Shown piece by piece: positions 8,710 to 20,953 of a DNA stretch of 64,000 bases (positions are counted from its first letter, which is position 1; each line of letters starts with the position of its first letter). A program made the position numbers and the translations under genes. The stretch covers positions 320,001-384,000 of the forward strand of contig CAWHAZ010000005.1 of NCBI GenBank assembly GCA_963827475.1. Direction: 5' to 3'. The notes below the pieces were generated by a model. That model searched no databases. It saw nothing but the letters and a program-made list of their open reading frames with translations, and was not told the DNA's origin. This DNA is from an uncultured Chloroflexia bacterium. GTDB taxonomy: Bacteria > Chloroflexota > Limnocylindria > QHBO01.

Positions 8710-9759
8710 CTAGGAGATCCGCTCCGCCAGCCAGCCGATGGCCGGCGCGTACAGGTGCTCGAGGTCGGCGTGGGTCCCTTCGACCAGCTCGAAGTGGACG
8801 ACCGGCTCGGTCACGCCGATGGCCGCCAGCTCGCGGCGGAAGGCCTCGGCCCCCATGTCGAGCAGGTACTCGTCCGCCTTGCCGGCGTCGATCCAGATCC
8901 CGCGCAGGCCGCGGAGGGCGTCCGCGTGGCCGGGGACCATCCGCACCGGGTCCTTCTCCAGCCACCGGTCCCAGGTCTCCGGGATCAGGCGGCCGGTGGC
9001 CGGGTCGAACGGGAGCTGGACGGTGCCGTCCGGATCAGTCGAGTAGCAGGCGGCCATGCACCACATGTTCAACGGCTCGAAGTCGGCCTTGCGGATGGGG
9101 CCGGTGCTCCGGCGGAACTCGGTCCAGAACGTGTCGAACGACCCGTCGTAGTGGTCGCGGAGGACGCGCGCCGCCTTGGCCATGTCCGGCGCGTAGCAGG
9201 CCTCGAACAGCGCATCACCGGCATGGGTGGCCAGCGCCCCGAAGCGGTCCGGACGGAGCATGGGCAGGACCATCGCCCCGTAGCCGCCGGACGACTTGCC
9301 GGCCACCGCGCGATGCGCGGCCTCGGGCAGCGTCCGCCAGGTGGCGTCCACCCACGGGATCACCTCGTCGCACAGGTAGGTCAGGTACCGACCGGTGCCC
9401 GGCGAGTCGAGGAACTGGCTCCCGCCCAGGCTCGTCCAGCAGTCGACGTAGACCACCATCGCCGGCGCCTGCCCGGAAGTGGCGAACTGGTCGTCGACCA
9501 GCTCCGGGGTGCTGGACCGGAAGGCCTTGCGGTTGCGCCACATGTCGAGCTGGCCGGTGAGGCCCTGGATGACGTAGACCGTCGGAAACCGCCGATCCGG
9601 CTCCGCCGCGTAGGCGGGTGGGGTGTAGACGTAGACCGGGCGACGGTGGGGATCGCCGAGTGGATTGGCGGTCAGCGCCTCGGAGTCGAAGACGTGCTCC
9701 TCGAAGCGGCCCCGCCACGCATGCCCCCACGGCTTCTCGAGGCCCCGCTCGGCTTCCAC
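8710..9759 (-). CDS. Alpha/beta hydrolase, enterochelin-esterase-like
   Basis: GKSSGG nucleophile elbow; VYTPP.Y and DAG..DE...H motifs. Confidence 0.85.
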   Translation of the reverse strand: MEAERGLEKPWGHAWRGRFEEHVFDSEALTANPLGDPHRRPVYVYTPPAYAAEPDRRFPTVYVIQGLTGQLDMWRNRKAFRSSTPELVDDQFATSGQAPAMVVYVDCWTSLGGSQFLDSPGTGRYLTYLCDEVIPWVDATWRTLPEAAHRAVAGKSSGGYGAMVLPMLRPDRFGALATHAGDALFEACYAPDMAKAARVLRDHYDGSFDTFWTEFRRSTGPIRKADFEPLNMWCMAACYSTDPDGTVQLPFDPATGRLIPETWDRWLEKDPVRMVPGHADALRGLRGIWIDAGKADEYLLDMGAEAFRRELAAIGVTEPVVHFELVEGTHADLEHLYAPAIGWLAERIS

Positions 9760-9785
9760 GTCCCCAGCCTACCGCCGGGCGGCGG

Positions 9786-9980
9786 TCACATGTGCGGCTC
9801 GTAGCCCGAGGCGAGGTACTGCTCGGGGTCGTCGCGGAAATCGAGCAGGCAGCCGCGGCCACAGAAGTAGTACGTGACGCCGCCATGCTCGGCCGTCAGC
9901 CCGGCGGCCTCGGCGCGGGTCGGCTCCACGCTCATGCCGCAGACCGGGTCCTGGGGCAGGGTCGCCATCGAGAGGTCCAT
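9786..9980 (-). CDS. YHS domain protein (copper-associated)
   Basis: DPVCGMSV...TYYFC..GC...F..DP..Y; AGGAGG RBS; lies directly downstream of copA. Confidence 0.88.
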   Translation of the reverse strand: MDLSMATLPQDPVCGMSVEPTRAEAAGLTAEHGGVTYYFCGRGCLLDFRDDPEQYLASGYEPHM

Positions 9981-9983
9981 CGG

Positions 9984-12310
<2,327 letters not shown>

Positions 12311-12329
12311 CGGTCGGGGAGCGTCCGTG

Positions 12330-12352
12330 CAGATACTATGGGGGAGTATCTG
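12330..12352. promoter_or_regulatory. CsoR-type copper operator
   Basis: Perfect inverted repeat CAGATACT-atggggg-AGTATCTG (ATAC, G-tract, GTAT) about 20 nt upstream of the copA start. Confidence 0.7.
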
Positions 12353-12391
12353 GGAGCGGTCAACCGGAGACGATCCGGTTAGGCTGCGCCG

Positions 12392-13594
12392 GTGCGGGTC
12401 GTGATGCTGACCAACGAGTTTCCGCCGGCCGTGTATGGCGGCGCCGGGGTGCACGTCGCGGAGCTGGCCAACGCCCTGCGCGGTCGCGTCGACCTCGACA
12501 TTCGGACCTTCGGCGACCAGCAGCATGACGAAGCCGGCTGGCGCATCCAGGGCTACTCGTCGACCGCCCAGCTGGACGGCGTGGCGGAGGGCCTCCGTCC
12601 GGTGTTCAGCGCCTTCAGCCGAAACCTGGCCATGGCGGCCGACCCGCCGACCGCCGACCTCGTCCACTGCCACACCTGGTACACGCATCTCGGCGGCCTG
12701 GTCATGGGCCAGGCGTACGGCCTGCCGCTGGTGGTCACGGTCCACTCCCTCGAGCCCCTCCGGCCGTGGAAGCGTGAGCAGCTCGGGTCGGGGTACGACG
12801 CGTCGGCCTGGGTCGAACGCGAGGCGCTGGAGCAGGCCGACGCGGTGATCGCGGTCAGCGACGCGGCCCGCCGCGACGTCCTCGAGCACTTCGCGGTGGA
12901 CGACAGCCGTCTCCACGTCGTCCACAACGGCATCGACGTCGTCGCCTTCGCGCCCGATCCGGGGCGTCGCGACGCGCTGGCCCGCTACAAGATCAACCCC
13001 GCGGTGCCCTACGTCCTGTTCGTGGGCCGGGTGACCCGCCAGAAGGGAATCATGACCCTGGTCGAGGCCATCCCGCACCTCGACCCGCGGATCGGCGTCG
13101 TCCTGGCCGCGGGCCAGCCGGACACCCCGGAGCTCCAGGCCGAGGTGGCGGCGGGCGTGGCGGAGGCCCAGGCCGCCGCCCCAACCCGGGCCATCCACTG
13201 GATCCCCGAGGTCCTCGACCGCGGAACGCTGCGTCAGCTGTACTCCCACGCCGCGGTGTTCGCCTGCCCATCGGTCTATGAGCCGTTCGGGATCACGAAC
13301 CTGGAGGCCATGGCCTGTGGCGTGCCGGTGGTCGCCACCCGGGTGGGCGGGATCCCCGAGGTCGTCATCCACGACCGCACCGGCCTGCTGGTCGACGTGC
13401 CCGAGGGACCGATGGGCGCCGAAGACGTCAAACGCGTGGCGGCCGACCTCGCGGCCAGCATCAACGACCTCGTTGCCGATCCCGCACGGCGGGCGGCGAT
13501 GGGCGAGGCCGGCCGTCAGCGCGCGGTCGAGCAGTTCAGCTGGGCCGAGGTGGCGCGTCGCACGCTGGCGGTGTACGACGCCGTCGTAGGCTGA
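12392..13594 (+). CDS. glgA: GT4 glycogen synthase, GlgA/GlgM (maltose-1-phosphate synthase) type
   Basis: T.EFPP.VYGGAGVHV, HCHTWY, HSLEPLRPWK.EQLG and PSVYEPFGI.NLEAMAC motifs. Confidence 0.9.
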   Translation: MRVVMLTNEFPPAVYGGAGVHVAELANALRGRVDLDIRTFGDQQHDEAGWRIQGYSSTAQLDGVAEGLRPVFSAFSRNLAMAADPPTADLVHCHTWYTHLGGLVMGQAYGLPLVVTVHSLEPLRPWKREQLGSGYDASAWVEREALEQADAVIAVSDAARRDVLEHFAVDDSRLHVVHNGIDVVAFAPDPGRRDALARYKINPAVPYVLFVGRVTRQKGIMTLVEAIPHLDPRIGVVLAAGQPDTPELQAEVAAGVAEAQAAAPTRAIHWIPEVLDRGTLRQLYSHAAVFACPSVYEPFGITNLEAMACGVPVVATRVGGIPEVVIHDRTGLLVDVPEGPMGAEDVKRVAADLAASINDLVADPARRAAMGEAGRQRAVEQFSWAEVARRTLAVYDAVVG

Positions 13595-14985
13595 TGGGCG
13601 GTCCCGACCCGGCACGCATCTCTCGCCGTCGGCTCCTGCAGCTCGGCGCGCTGACCCCGGCCGCGTTCGTCGTCGCCTGCGCGGAGACCCTCCTGCCGAT
13701 ACCGAGCCCGACGCGGCCGGTCATCACCTTCACCCCCGAGCCGAGCGCGACACCATCGCCCACGCCGACTCCGATACCGACCCCGGTGCCCACGCCCGCT
13801 CCGGGTGCGCCGGTCCTGTTCCGTGGCGTGGCCCTCGTCGACGGCCGCTCGGCGACGATCCAGCGGAACCTCAGCGTCCTCGTCGAGAACGGGCTGGTGG
13901 CGTGGATCCGGCCCGTGGACGGGGAGGAGGCCGCGCCCGGAGCCGGGGTGGTGGACGCCGCCGGCGCCACCATCGTCCCGGGCATGGTCGATGCCCACGT
14001 CCACTTCACCGGCACCGGCGGCGCGAACTGGATCCAGCGCTTCAACGACCCGCCGGCCACCCTCGCCGCGGTCGGGGAGGAGAACGCGGGCCTCGCCTGG
14101 CGGGCCGGCGTGCGCTGGGCACGGGACGTCGGCGCGCCAATCGTCACGGACCCGGTGGACGGGCGGGTCCGCGCCGCGTCGCTCGGCGTCCGTGACCGCC
14201 TCCGCGGACGTGCCGGGTTCCCGGAGATCCGGGCCGCGGGCAGCTGGCTCACCCGCGCTGGCTCGCTGCCCGGCAGGATCAGCGCCGAGGCCCGCAACGC
14301 AGACGAGCTGCTGAGCCTGGCCATCGGCCAGCTCGACCAGGGCGCCGACCTCGTCAAGCTGTACCTCGGCGGCCCGGACCCGGCCAACCCGCCCTGGTCG
14401 GCGAACGAGGTCCGCCGGGTCACCGACGCCGTCCACGCCCGCGGGGCACGGGTCGCGGCCCACGCCGGCCGCATCCCGGCCATCCGGGTCGGGGTGGATG
14501 GCGGGGTCGACACGATCGAGCACGGGTTCGAGCTGGATGCGTACACCGCCCGCCGGATGCGCGACACCGGCACGATCCTCGTCTCGACACTGACCGTCTT
14601 CCGCTCGTGGCAGAGCTTCTCTGCCACCACCACGATTCCGCTCTTCGCCTCGTCGGCATCGGTCACCCGACTGCAGAACGAGCTCGCTCGGGCGGAGGCC
14701 GCGATCCAGACCGCGCGGGCGGCGGGCGTGGTCATCGCCGCCGGGTCGGACGCCGGCGGCGGGTCACCCCGGGCCAACCACATCGGCTGGGAGTACCAAT
14801 CGCTCATCACCGCCGGGCTCCCCCCGGTCGAGGCCCTGGCCGCGGTCACCTGGCGCGGGGGAGAGGCGCTGGGCATCCCCGAGGCCGGCGTCATCCAGGA
14901 GGGCGGTCCAGCGCGGTTCTTCCTCGTCCACGGTGACCCGCTCAGCGACCCATCGGCCATCTGGAGGGTCTGGCGCCACGTCTGA
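13594..14985 (+). CDS. Amidohydrolase family protein with Tat/lipoprotein signal and Pro-Thr linker
   Basis: SRRRLL Tat motif, VVAC lipobox-like site, PTPTP linker; PGMVDAHVH, VKLY, AAH, IEHG and AGSDAG motifs. Confidence 0.85.
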   Translation: MGGPDPARISRRRLLQLGALTPAAFVVACAETLLPIPSPTRPVITFTPEPSATPSPTPTPIPTPVPTPAPGAPVLFRGVALVDGRSATIQRNLSVLVENGLVAWIRPVDGEEAAPGAGVVDAAGATIVPGMVDAHVHFTGTGGANWIQRFNDPPATLAAVGEENAGLAWRAGVRWARDVGAPIVTDPVDGRVRAASLGVRDRLRGRAGFPEIRAAGSWLTRAGSLPGRISAEARNADELLSLAIGQLDQGADLVKLYLGGPDPANPPWSANEVRRVTDAVHARGARVAAHAGRIPAIRVGVDGGVDTIEHGFELDAYTARRMRDTGTILVSTLTVFRSWQSFSATTTIPLFASSASVTRLQNELARAEAAIQTARAAGVVIAAGSDAGGGSPRANHIGWEYQSLITAGLPPVEALAAVTWRGGEALGIPEAGVIQEGGPARFFLVHGDPLSDPSAIWRVWRHV

Positions 14986-15009
14986 GCGGCCCGCTACCAT
15001 CGGTCGCCC

Positions 15010-15777
15010 ATGACCGTCGCCCCGCCGATCATCGTCGCGACCGACCTGCGCAAGTCGTACGGCCCGGTCAAGGCCGTCGACGGGGTGAGCTTCCAGGTGA
15101 CCGAGGGCGAGGTCTTCGGCATCCTCGGCCCCAACGGGGCGGGCAAGACGACGACCCTCGAGATGCTCGAGGGCATGCGCCCCATCGACGGTGGGTCGGC
15201 GACGGTGGACGGGCTGGACGTGGCGTCGGACCCGCGGGCCGTCAAGGCCCGCATCGGTATCCAGCTCCAGGCGTCCGCGTTCTTCGACGAGCTGAACCTC
15301 ACCGAGCTGCTCGTCCTCTTCGGCCACCTGTACCACGTGAAGGCGGATGCCGCCGGCCTGCTCGCCGAAGTGGGCCTGACCGACAAGGCGAAGAGCCGGG
15401 TCAAGGCCCTGTCCGGCGGGCAGAAGCAGCGATTCAGCATTGCTGCCGCCCTGGTGAACGACCCGCGCGTCCTCTTCCTCGACGAGCCGACCACCGGCCT
15501 CGACCCGCAGGCCCGCCGCCACCTGTGGGGTCTCATCGCCGGCATCCGCCAGCGCGGCCACACCGTGATCCTGACCACCCACTACATGGAGGAGGCGGAG
15601 ACCCTCTGCGACCGGGTCGCGATCATGGACGGCGGCAAGATCATCGCCCTCGACACCCCCGACGCGATGGTCCAGTCCTTGCTCGGGCGGGGCTTCACCA
15701 AGGAACGGACCGAGCGGCTGGCCAGCCTCGAGGACGTATTCATCGACCTCACCGGCCACGAGCTGCGCGAGGACTGA
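15010..15777 (+). CDS. ABC-2 type transporter ATP-binding protein
   Basis: GPNGAGKT, LSGGQKQR, LDEPT and TTH motifs. Confidence 0.93.
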   Translation: MTVAPPIIVATDLRKSYGPVKAVDGVSFQVTEGEVFGILGPNGAGKTTTLEMLEGMRPIDGGSATVDGLDVASDPRAVKARIGIQLQASAFFDELNLTELLVLFGHLYHVKADAAGLLAEVGLTDKAKSRVKALSGGQKQRFSIAAALVNDPRVLFLDEPTTGLDPQARRHLWGLIAGIRQRGHTVILTTHYMEEAETLCDRVAIMDGGKIIALDTPDAMVQSLLGRGFTKERTERLASLEDVFIDLTGHELRED

Positions 15778-15780
15778 CCG

Positions 15781-16875
15781 ATGACGCGGAGGCTCGAGAT
15801 CGTCTGGCACCTCTTCGTCGCCTCCGGGAAGATGTTCGTCCGCGACCGGACGGCGGTGTTCTTCTCCCTCTTCCTGCCGCTGGTGATCATGCTGATCTTC
15901 GGCGTGCTGAATTTCGGCGCCGCGGCGGAGCTGGACGTCGGCGTCGTCGACGAGGCGGAGACCGACTCCAGCACGGCGATGATCGCCGCCTTCGAGCAGG
16001 TGCCGATCCTCACGGTGATCGAGGGAACCCGCGAGGACGAGCTGGCGGCTCTCGAGGAGGGCGACCGCTCGCTGGTCCTCCTCTTCCCCGAGGGTTGGGA
16101 GCTCGTGCCGCCGGGACAGCCGGGCTACGAGCCGCTGACCGCATTCACCAACGCGGCGACGGCCGCGGAGGGACAAACGGCGCTACTGATCGTGAACGCC
16201 GCGGTCGCCCAGGCCCTGATCACGGCCGGCGGTGGAGCGCCGGAGCCGCTGGTCGTGGTGGAGGAGGTCGCCGGCCGGGACCTGGGCTACATCGACTTCC
16301 TGGTGCCCGGCATCCTGGGCCTGACGATCATGCAGCTGGGCCTGTTCAGCGTGGCCTTCGGGTTCGTCCAGCTCAAGACGACCGGAACGCTCCGTCGATT
16401 GTTCGCGACGCCGACCTCGCCGAGCTACTTCCTCACCGCCCAGGTCAGCTCGCGGCTGATCATCACCCTCGTCCAGGTGCTCATCCTGCTCGGTGTCGGA
16501 CTGTGGTTCGGCGTCCAGCTGGTGGGCAGCGTGTTCGTCGTCCTGGTGCTGTCACTCCTGGGTGGCGTCGTCTTCCTGGCCATGGGCTTCGGGGTGGCGG
16601 GCTGGGCGAAGAACGAGAACCAGGCCGCGCCGGTCGCCAACCTCATCAGCCTGCCGATGATGTTCCTCTCCGGCTCGTTCTTCCCGCGCGAGGCCATGCC
16701 CGACTTCCTCCAGCAGGTGACCCGCTTTCTGCCGTTGACCTACCTCAACGATGCTCTGCGCGCGGTCATCAACGACGGGGCCGGCCTCGATGTGATCGGG
16801 ACCGACGTTATCGGCCTGGCGGTCTGGGGCGTCATCTCCTTCGCCATCGCCGCGCGGCTATTCAAGTGGGAATAG
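15781..16875 (+). CDS. ABC-2 type transporter permease
   Basis: N-terminal TM, extracellular loop, YIDFLVPG and five further TM helices. Confidence 0.9.
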   Translation: MTRRLEIVWHLFVASGKMFVRDRTAVFFSLFLPLVIMLIFGVLNFGAAAELDVGVVDEAETDSSTAMIAAFEQVPILTVIEGTREDELAALEEGDRSLVLLFPEGWELVPPGQPGYEPLTAFTNAATAAEGQTALLIVNAAVAQALITAGGGAPEPLVVVEEVAGRDLGYIDFLVPGILGLTIMQLGLFSVAFGFVQLKTTGTLRRLFATPTSPSYFLTAQVSSRLIITLVQVLILLGVGLWFGVQLVGSVFVVLVLSLLGGVVFLAMGFGVAGWAKNENQAAPVANLISLPMMFLSGSFFPREAMPDFLQQVTRFLPLTYLNDALRAVINDGAGLDVIGTDVIGLAVWGVISFAIAARLFKWE

Positions 16876-16888
16876 GCGCGGCAGCTCC

Positions 16889-17273
16889 GTGAGCGTCGCC
16901 TGGATCCTGCGCATCGAGTCCGCGGCGATCGCAGTCGCTGGGGATCGTCGCCTATCTCAGCCTCGGCGGATCGGCGCTCCTGCTCGTTCCGGCGCTCCTC
17001 GCCCCGGACCTGTCGGCCCTCGGCTACCTGGCCGGCCCGCGCGTCGGGGCGATGACCTACAACCTCGTCCACAACTGGGCTGTGGCCTCGGTCCTCGCCT
17101 TGCTGACGATCATCACCGGCGAGGCATGGCCACTCCTGGCGGCCGCGGTGATCGCCGTCCACGTCGGCGCGGATCGGGCGCTGGGCTACGGCCTGAAGCT
17201 CCCGACCTCGTTCCGCGACACGCACCTCGGTCGCATCGGTCGAGACCGAAGCGACCCGCAGAACGCCGCATGA
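16889..17273 (+). CDS. DUF4260 family membrane protein; frameshifted near 16940-16980
   Basis: LRIE, APDLS..GYL.GP, YN..HN and H.G.DR.LGYGLK....F..THLG motifs, split over frames. Confidence 0.75.
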
Positions 17274-17325
17274 GACCGATGGCGCCCGTTGCCGGGCGCC
17301 ATCTCCCCCTTCGGTCGCTGTTCGC

Positions 17326-17907
17326 TCAGGCGGGAGCCGGTGCTGGTACCGGGGCCACATCGACCGGCCGGTACAGATCGCCGGAGAAGAACCATCGGCG
17401 CAGGGTGGGCGAGACGCGCTGCCCCACGCTGGCGTCGAGGCCGTAGAAGTTGCCCGCTCCGATGTAGCCGATGAAGAACGTGACCAGCGCGTAGGTGAGG
17501 TGCTGGTTCACGATCCCGAACTGGAAATCCCAGGCGGCCACGAAAAACATCAGCATCATGAGCGTCCCCATGGCGGCCCCGAACCGGGTCAGCAGGCCGA
17601 GGATCAGGCTCACCCCGATCCCGACCTGGCCCCACGGAACCAGCAGGTTGATGATGCTCATGGCCATCGAGTTCTCGGTCATGACCACCCACATGTCGTG
17701 GGTGGGGTTGTAGATCACGCCGTCGACGGCCTCGGCCACGAACGGCCAGCCGAGCGTTCCGCCGGTCCCGAAGCCCAAGAAGCCAGCCGCGCTCCACGCC
17801 CCGGCGCCGCCGATGACCTTCTCGAGGCCGGCCCACAGAAAGATGATCCCGACGCCGACCCGGAGAACCGCCACTCCGAGCTGATGCCTGCGATCGACGA
17901 CTTGCAT
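17326..17907 (-). CDS. DoxX / TQO small-subunit-like membrane protein
   Basis: LRVGVG..FL.AG.EK, ..WGQ..IG..LILG..TR and G...GLD motifs. Confidence 0.82.
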   Translation of the reverse strand: MQVVDRRHQLGVAVLRVGVGIIFLWAGLEKVIGGAGAWSAAGFLGFGTGGTLGWPFVAEAVDGVIYNPTHDMWVVMTENSMAMSIINLLVPWGQVGIGVSLILGLLTRFGAAMGTLMMLMFFVAAWDFQFGIVNQHLTYALVTFFIGYIGAGNFYGLDASVGQRVSPTLRRWFFSGDLYRPVDVAPVPAPAPA

Positions 17908-18029
17908 GGCCGATGCCTCCCTTCGAGTGTGGCCTGATGCTCTATGTGCGTCGGGGGCAGTCTATGTCCTGGCCAGCGCCTCGAACGGGGCCGAATGTCA
18001 CGAATCGGCGGGGCCGGATCGCCCTCCGA

Positions 18030-18713
18030 TCACGTTCCTCCGCCGAGCCGATGCTTCGCCACGAAGGCGGCCGCCTGGGCGCGTCGCTGGAGGTTCAGCT
18101 TGGAGAGGATGGACGAGACGTAGTTCTTGACCGTCTTGTCCGACAGGAAGACATCGGCCGCGATCTCGCGGTTCGTCTTGCCCTCGGCGACCAGCATGAG
18201 GATCTTGCGCTCCTGCGACGTCAGCTCGGCCAGTTCGTCGTTGGCGTCTCCTGCGGCCATCCGCCGCACGCGCTCGAGGACCCGTTCGGTGACCGCGGGA
18301 TCGAGGAGGGAGTCGCCGCGGCCGACCGCCTCCAGGGCCGCGACCAGGTCCCGCCCACGGATCTCCTTCAACAGGTACCCGCTGGCTCCGGCCAGGATGG
18401 CGGCCAGGACCGCCTCCTCGTCGGGATAGCTGGTGAGCATCACGACCCGGGTGGCCGGCAGCTCTTCGCGGATGGCACGGCATGCCTCGACGCCACTCCC
18501 GTCCGGCAGGCGCACGTCCATCAGGACGAGGTCAGGCTCGAATCGCCGTGCCGCAGCGACCGCCTCGCTCACCGTGCCGGCCTCCGCCACGATCTGGAAT
18601 GCCGGCCGCCGCTCGATGAGCGCCCGCAGACCCTGGCGCACGACCTCGTGGTCGTCCACCAGGAGCAGCCGGAGCGGTTGCGCCGGAGGGACCGTCGCCC
18701 GGGGGTCGGTCAT
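18030..18713 (-). CDS. NarL/DevR(DosR)-like response regulator
   Basis: LVDDHEVVR, D.RLPDG.G and LTS..D.E motifs; LuxR HTH LS.KTVKNYVSSILSKL, close to the DevR type. Confidence 0.92.
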   Translation of the reverse strand: MTDPRATVPPAQPLRLLLVDDHEVVRQGLRALIERRPAFQIVAEAGTVSEAVAAARRFEPDLVLMDVRLPDGSGVEACRAIREELPATRVVMLTSYPDEEAVLAAILAGASGYLLKEIRGRDLVAALEAVGRGDSLLDPAVTERVLERVRRMAAGDANDELAELTSQERKILMLVAEGKTNREIAADVFLSDKTVKNYVSSILSKLNLQRRAQAAAFVAKHRLGGGT

Positions 18714-19900
18714 CGCGCGGCTTCCGCAGGCCGGCGAGGGATCTCGGCCACGACTCGCGTCCCTTCGCCAATCGTCGATGTGATGACGAGCCGGCCGCCC
18801 ATCGCTGACGCCCGATCTCGCATGTTCGCGAGCCCGTGGTGCCCCGCATCACGCGGTTCGGCGAGGTCAAAGCCGCGGCCGTCATCCGCGATCGACAGGC
18901 GCGCCGTCTCGTCAGAGATCGCCAACCGAATCGTGACGTGGCTCGCGTCGGCGTGCCGCCCGACATTGCTCAACCCTTCCCGCGCGATCGCGATCAGCTC
19001 GCGGGCCAGCTCGGGGGGCAGCATCTGGTCGCCATCGACTTCCACGCCCACGTGGGCGGTTCCACTCCGGCCCGTCTCGTCGGCCAGCTCGAGGAGTGCG
19101 GCACGGACATCCCCCGCCGACAGGAGCATCGGCCTGAGGTCGTAGATGAACGCGCGGGTGTCGCTGATCGCACCCTGCAGCGCCTCGATTGATTTCTCCA
19201 CCCGTTCCCGGGCGTCGTCGGGAGCCTCATCCATGAGGTCGGGGACGTCATCGAGGGAGAGCGTGACCGCGTACAACCGCTGGATCACCCCGTCGTGGAG
19301 GTCGCGCCCGATCCGGTCGCGCTCCGCGACGACCGCGAGGCGCCGGACCTCCTCGTGCAGCCGCGCATTGTCGATCGCGATGGCCGCGTGGAGCGCGAAG
19401 CGCTCGACCAGACGCTGATCGTCGAGGCTGAACTCGGCGGCTCCCCGCTTGTTGGTGAGGTAGAAATTACCAATCGCCCGCTCCCGCAGCCGAACAGGAA
19501 CGCCGAGGAAGCTGCGCATCGGCGGATGGTGGGCCGGGAAGCCGCTGTGCCTGCTGTCCGCACCGATATCAGCGATCCGGAGGGACTCGCTGTCCCGGAT
19601 GATCACCCCGAGCAGGCCGCCCCCTTCCGGCAGGGCGCCGATGCGGCGGCGGCCGGCCTCACTGATCCCGCTGGTCACGAAGCGCTCGAGCGTCGCATCG
19701 GGCCCGATGATCCCGATCGCGGCGTATTCGCCGTCCGCCAGCTCGCGGACCCGGTCGACGATGAGCTGGAGCACGCGGTCGAGGTCGAGGACGCCCGCGA
19801 TGCTGCGAACCGCGGCGTCGAGCGCATCTCGCTCGCGCTGGGACCGATCGGCAGCGTCGGTGGCGCTCTGCACGCGAGAGACGGTATCAGCCCGGCTCAT
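18710..19900 (-). CDS. GAF-domain sensor histidine kinase (DevS/DosS-like, HisKA_3)
   Basis: GFP.HHPPM.SFLGVP (DevS-like GAF), ER.RI.RDLHDGVIQRL, E.L.N..RH, DDG.GF and GL.NM..RA motifs. Confidence 0.9.
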   Translation of the reverse strand: MSRADTVSRVQSATDAADRSQRERDALDAAVRSIAGVLDLDRVLQLIVDRVRELADGEYAAIGIIGPDATLERFVTSGISEAGRRRIGALPEGGGLLGVIIRDSESLRIADIGADSRHSGFPAHHPPMRSFLGVPVRLRERAIGNFYLTNKRGAAEFSLDDQRLVERFALHAAIAIDNARLHEEVRRLAVVAERDRIGRDLHDGVIQRLYAVTLSLDDVPDLMDEAPDDARERVEKSIEALQGAISDTRAFIYDLRPMLLSAGDVRAALLELADETGRSGTAHVGVEVDGDQMLPPELARELIAIAREGLSNVGRHADASHVTIRLAISDETARLSIADDGRGFDLAEPRDAGHHGLANMRDRASAMGGRLVITSTIGEGTRVVAEIPRRPAEAAR

Positions 19901-19911
19901 CGGCCTGCCCG

Positions 19912-20545
19912 CTAGCGGGCTGTCCAGCCGCCGTCGGCGTAAACCTCGGATCCGGTCATGAAGCTCGCTCCCTCTCCGGCCAAGAAGCCGATGACCGAGG
20001 CGATCTCCTCCGGTCGGCCCCAGCGCCCGAGCGGAGTGTTAGCCAGGATCGCCTGCTCCATCTCGTTTCCCTTGGCCGCGGCCACCATCGGCGTGTCGAC
20101 GAACCCAGGGTGGATGGAGTTGATGCGGACGCCGTTCGTCGCGTAGCGGATCGCGGCGTTCTTGGTCATCAGGCGCACGGCTCCCTTGCTCGCGTGGTAC
20201 GCGACCGATCCGCCGAATCCGCCGACCGCGCCGAATATCGACGAGACGTTCACGATCGAGCCACCGCCCTGGGCGCGCATGTGAGGGATGACGGCGCGCA
20301 TCCCGAGCCAGACGCCGACCTGGTTGATGCCAACCACTCTCAGGTAGCCGTCCAGGTCTCGTCTCCCCCTCGGCCAGGGGTGCTCCCTCGTCGTCGAGGA
20401 CATCGGTGACCACGACGGTCGCCCCAAGGTCGGCGAGCTCCCGGCAGGCCGCTGCGCCGATCCCACGGGCTGCTCCGGTCACCAGCGCGACCTTGCCCGC
20501 GAGGGACCGGGTCGTGGGTGACGGTCCGACCTCATTCGGCGGCAT
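19912..20545 (-). pseudogene. SDR oxidoreductase with apparent internal deletion plus frameshift (pseudogene or assembly error)
   Basis: TGAARGIG, N.SS, YHASK and NSIHPG are present, but the DV...LVNNAG segment (roughly 50 aa) is absent at the frame junction near 20360. Confidence 0.6.
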
Positions 20546-20907
20546 CGGCTTCCTCCTTGGTGTGATGAATCGTGCCCGGCGGATGGTGAGGAGGCGCGTA
20601 GATCGTGTACAGCCTCAGCGCCCGACCACCGATGTTGACGAAGTTGTGCCGCGTCCCGGCGCGCACGAACACGAGGTCGGTGGCGCCAACGCTGGTTGTC
20701 TCCTCGCCGAGCCTGGCCTCTGCCTCGCCCTCGACGAAGACCAACACCTGATCGGTATCCGGATGAACCTCGAGCACCGATCTCGCCTCCGGTCGGGATC
20801 GTCATGACCACGACCTGTTCGTGGGCTCCGGTGATGACCTCCCGCCGGAACGCTTCATTCGTGCGGGCCGCCTGGACGATGTCCACGCGGCTTTCCTGCT
20901 TTGGCAT
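20532..20907 (-). CDS. Cupin domain protein; frameshift near 20776
   Basis: N..FR..V.TG..EQ.V.M.I..G.EIG.EVH..TDQ...G..HN..N....LYT.YAPP.H motifs. Confidence 0.82.
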
Positions 20908-20953
20908 CTGCGTCTCCCTGTGCGTTCGCGTTCCGTATGGCTCGGATGGCGTG

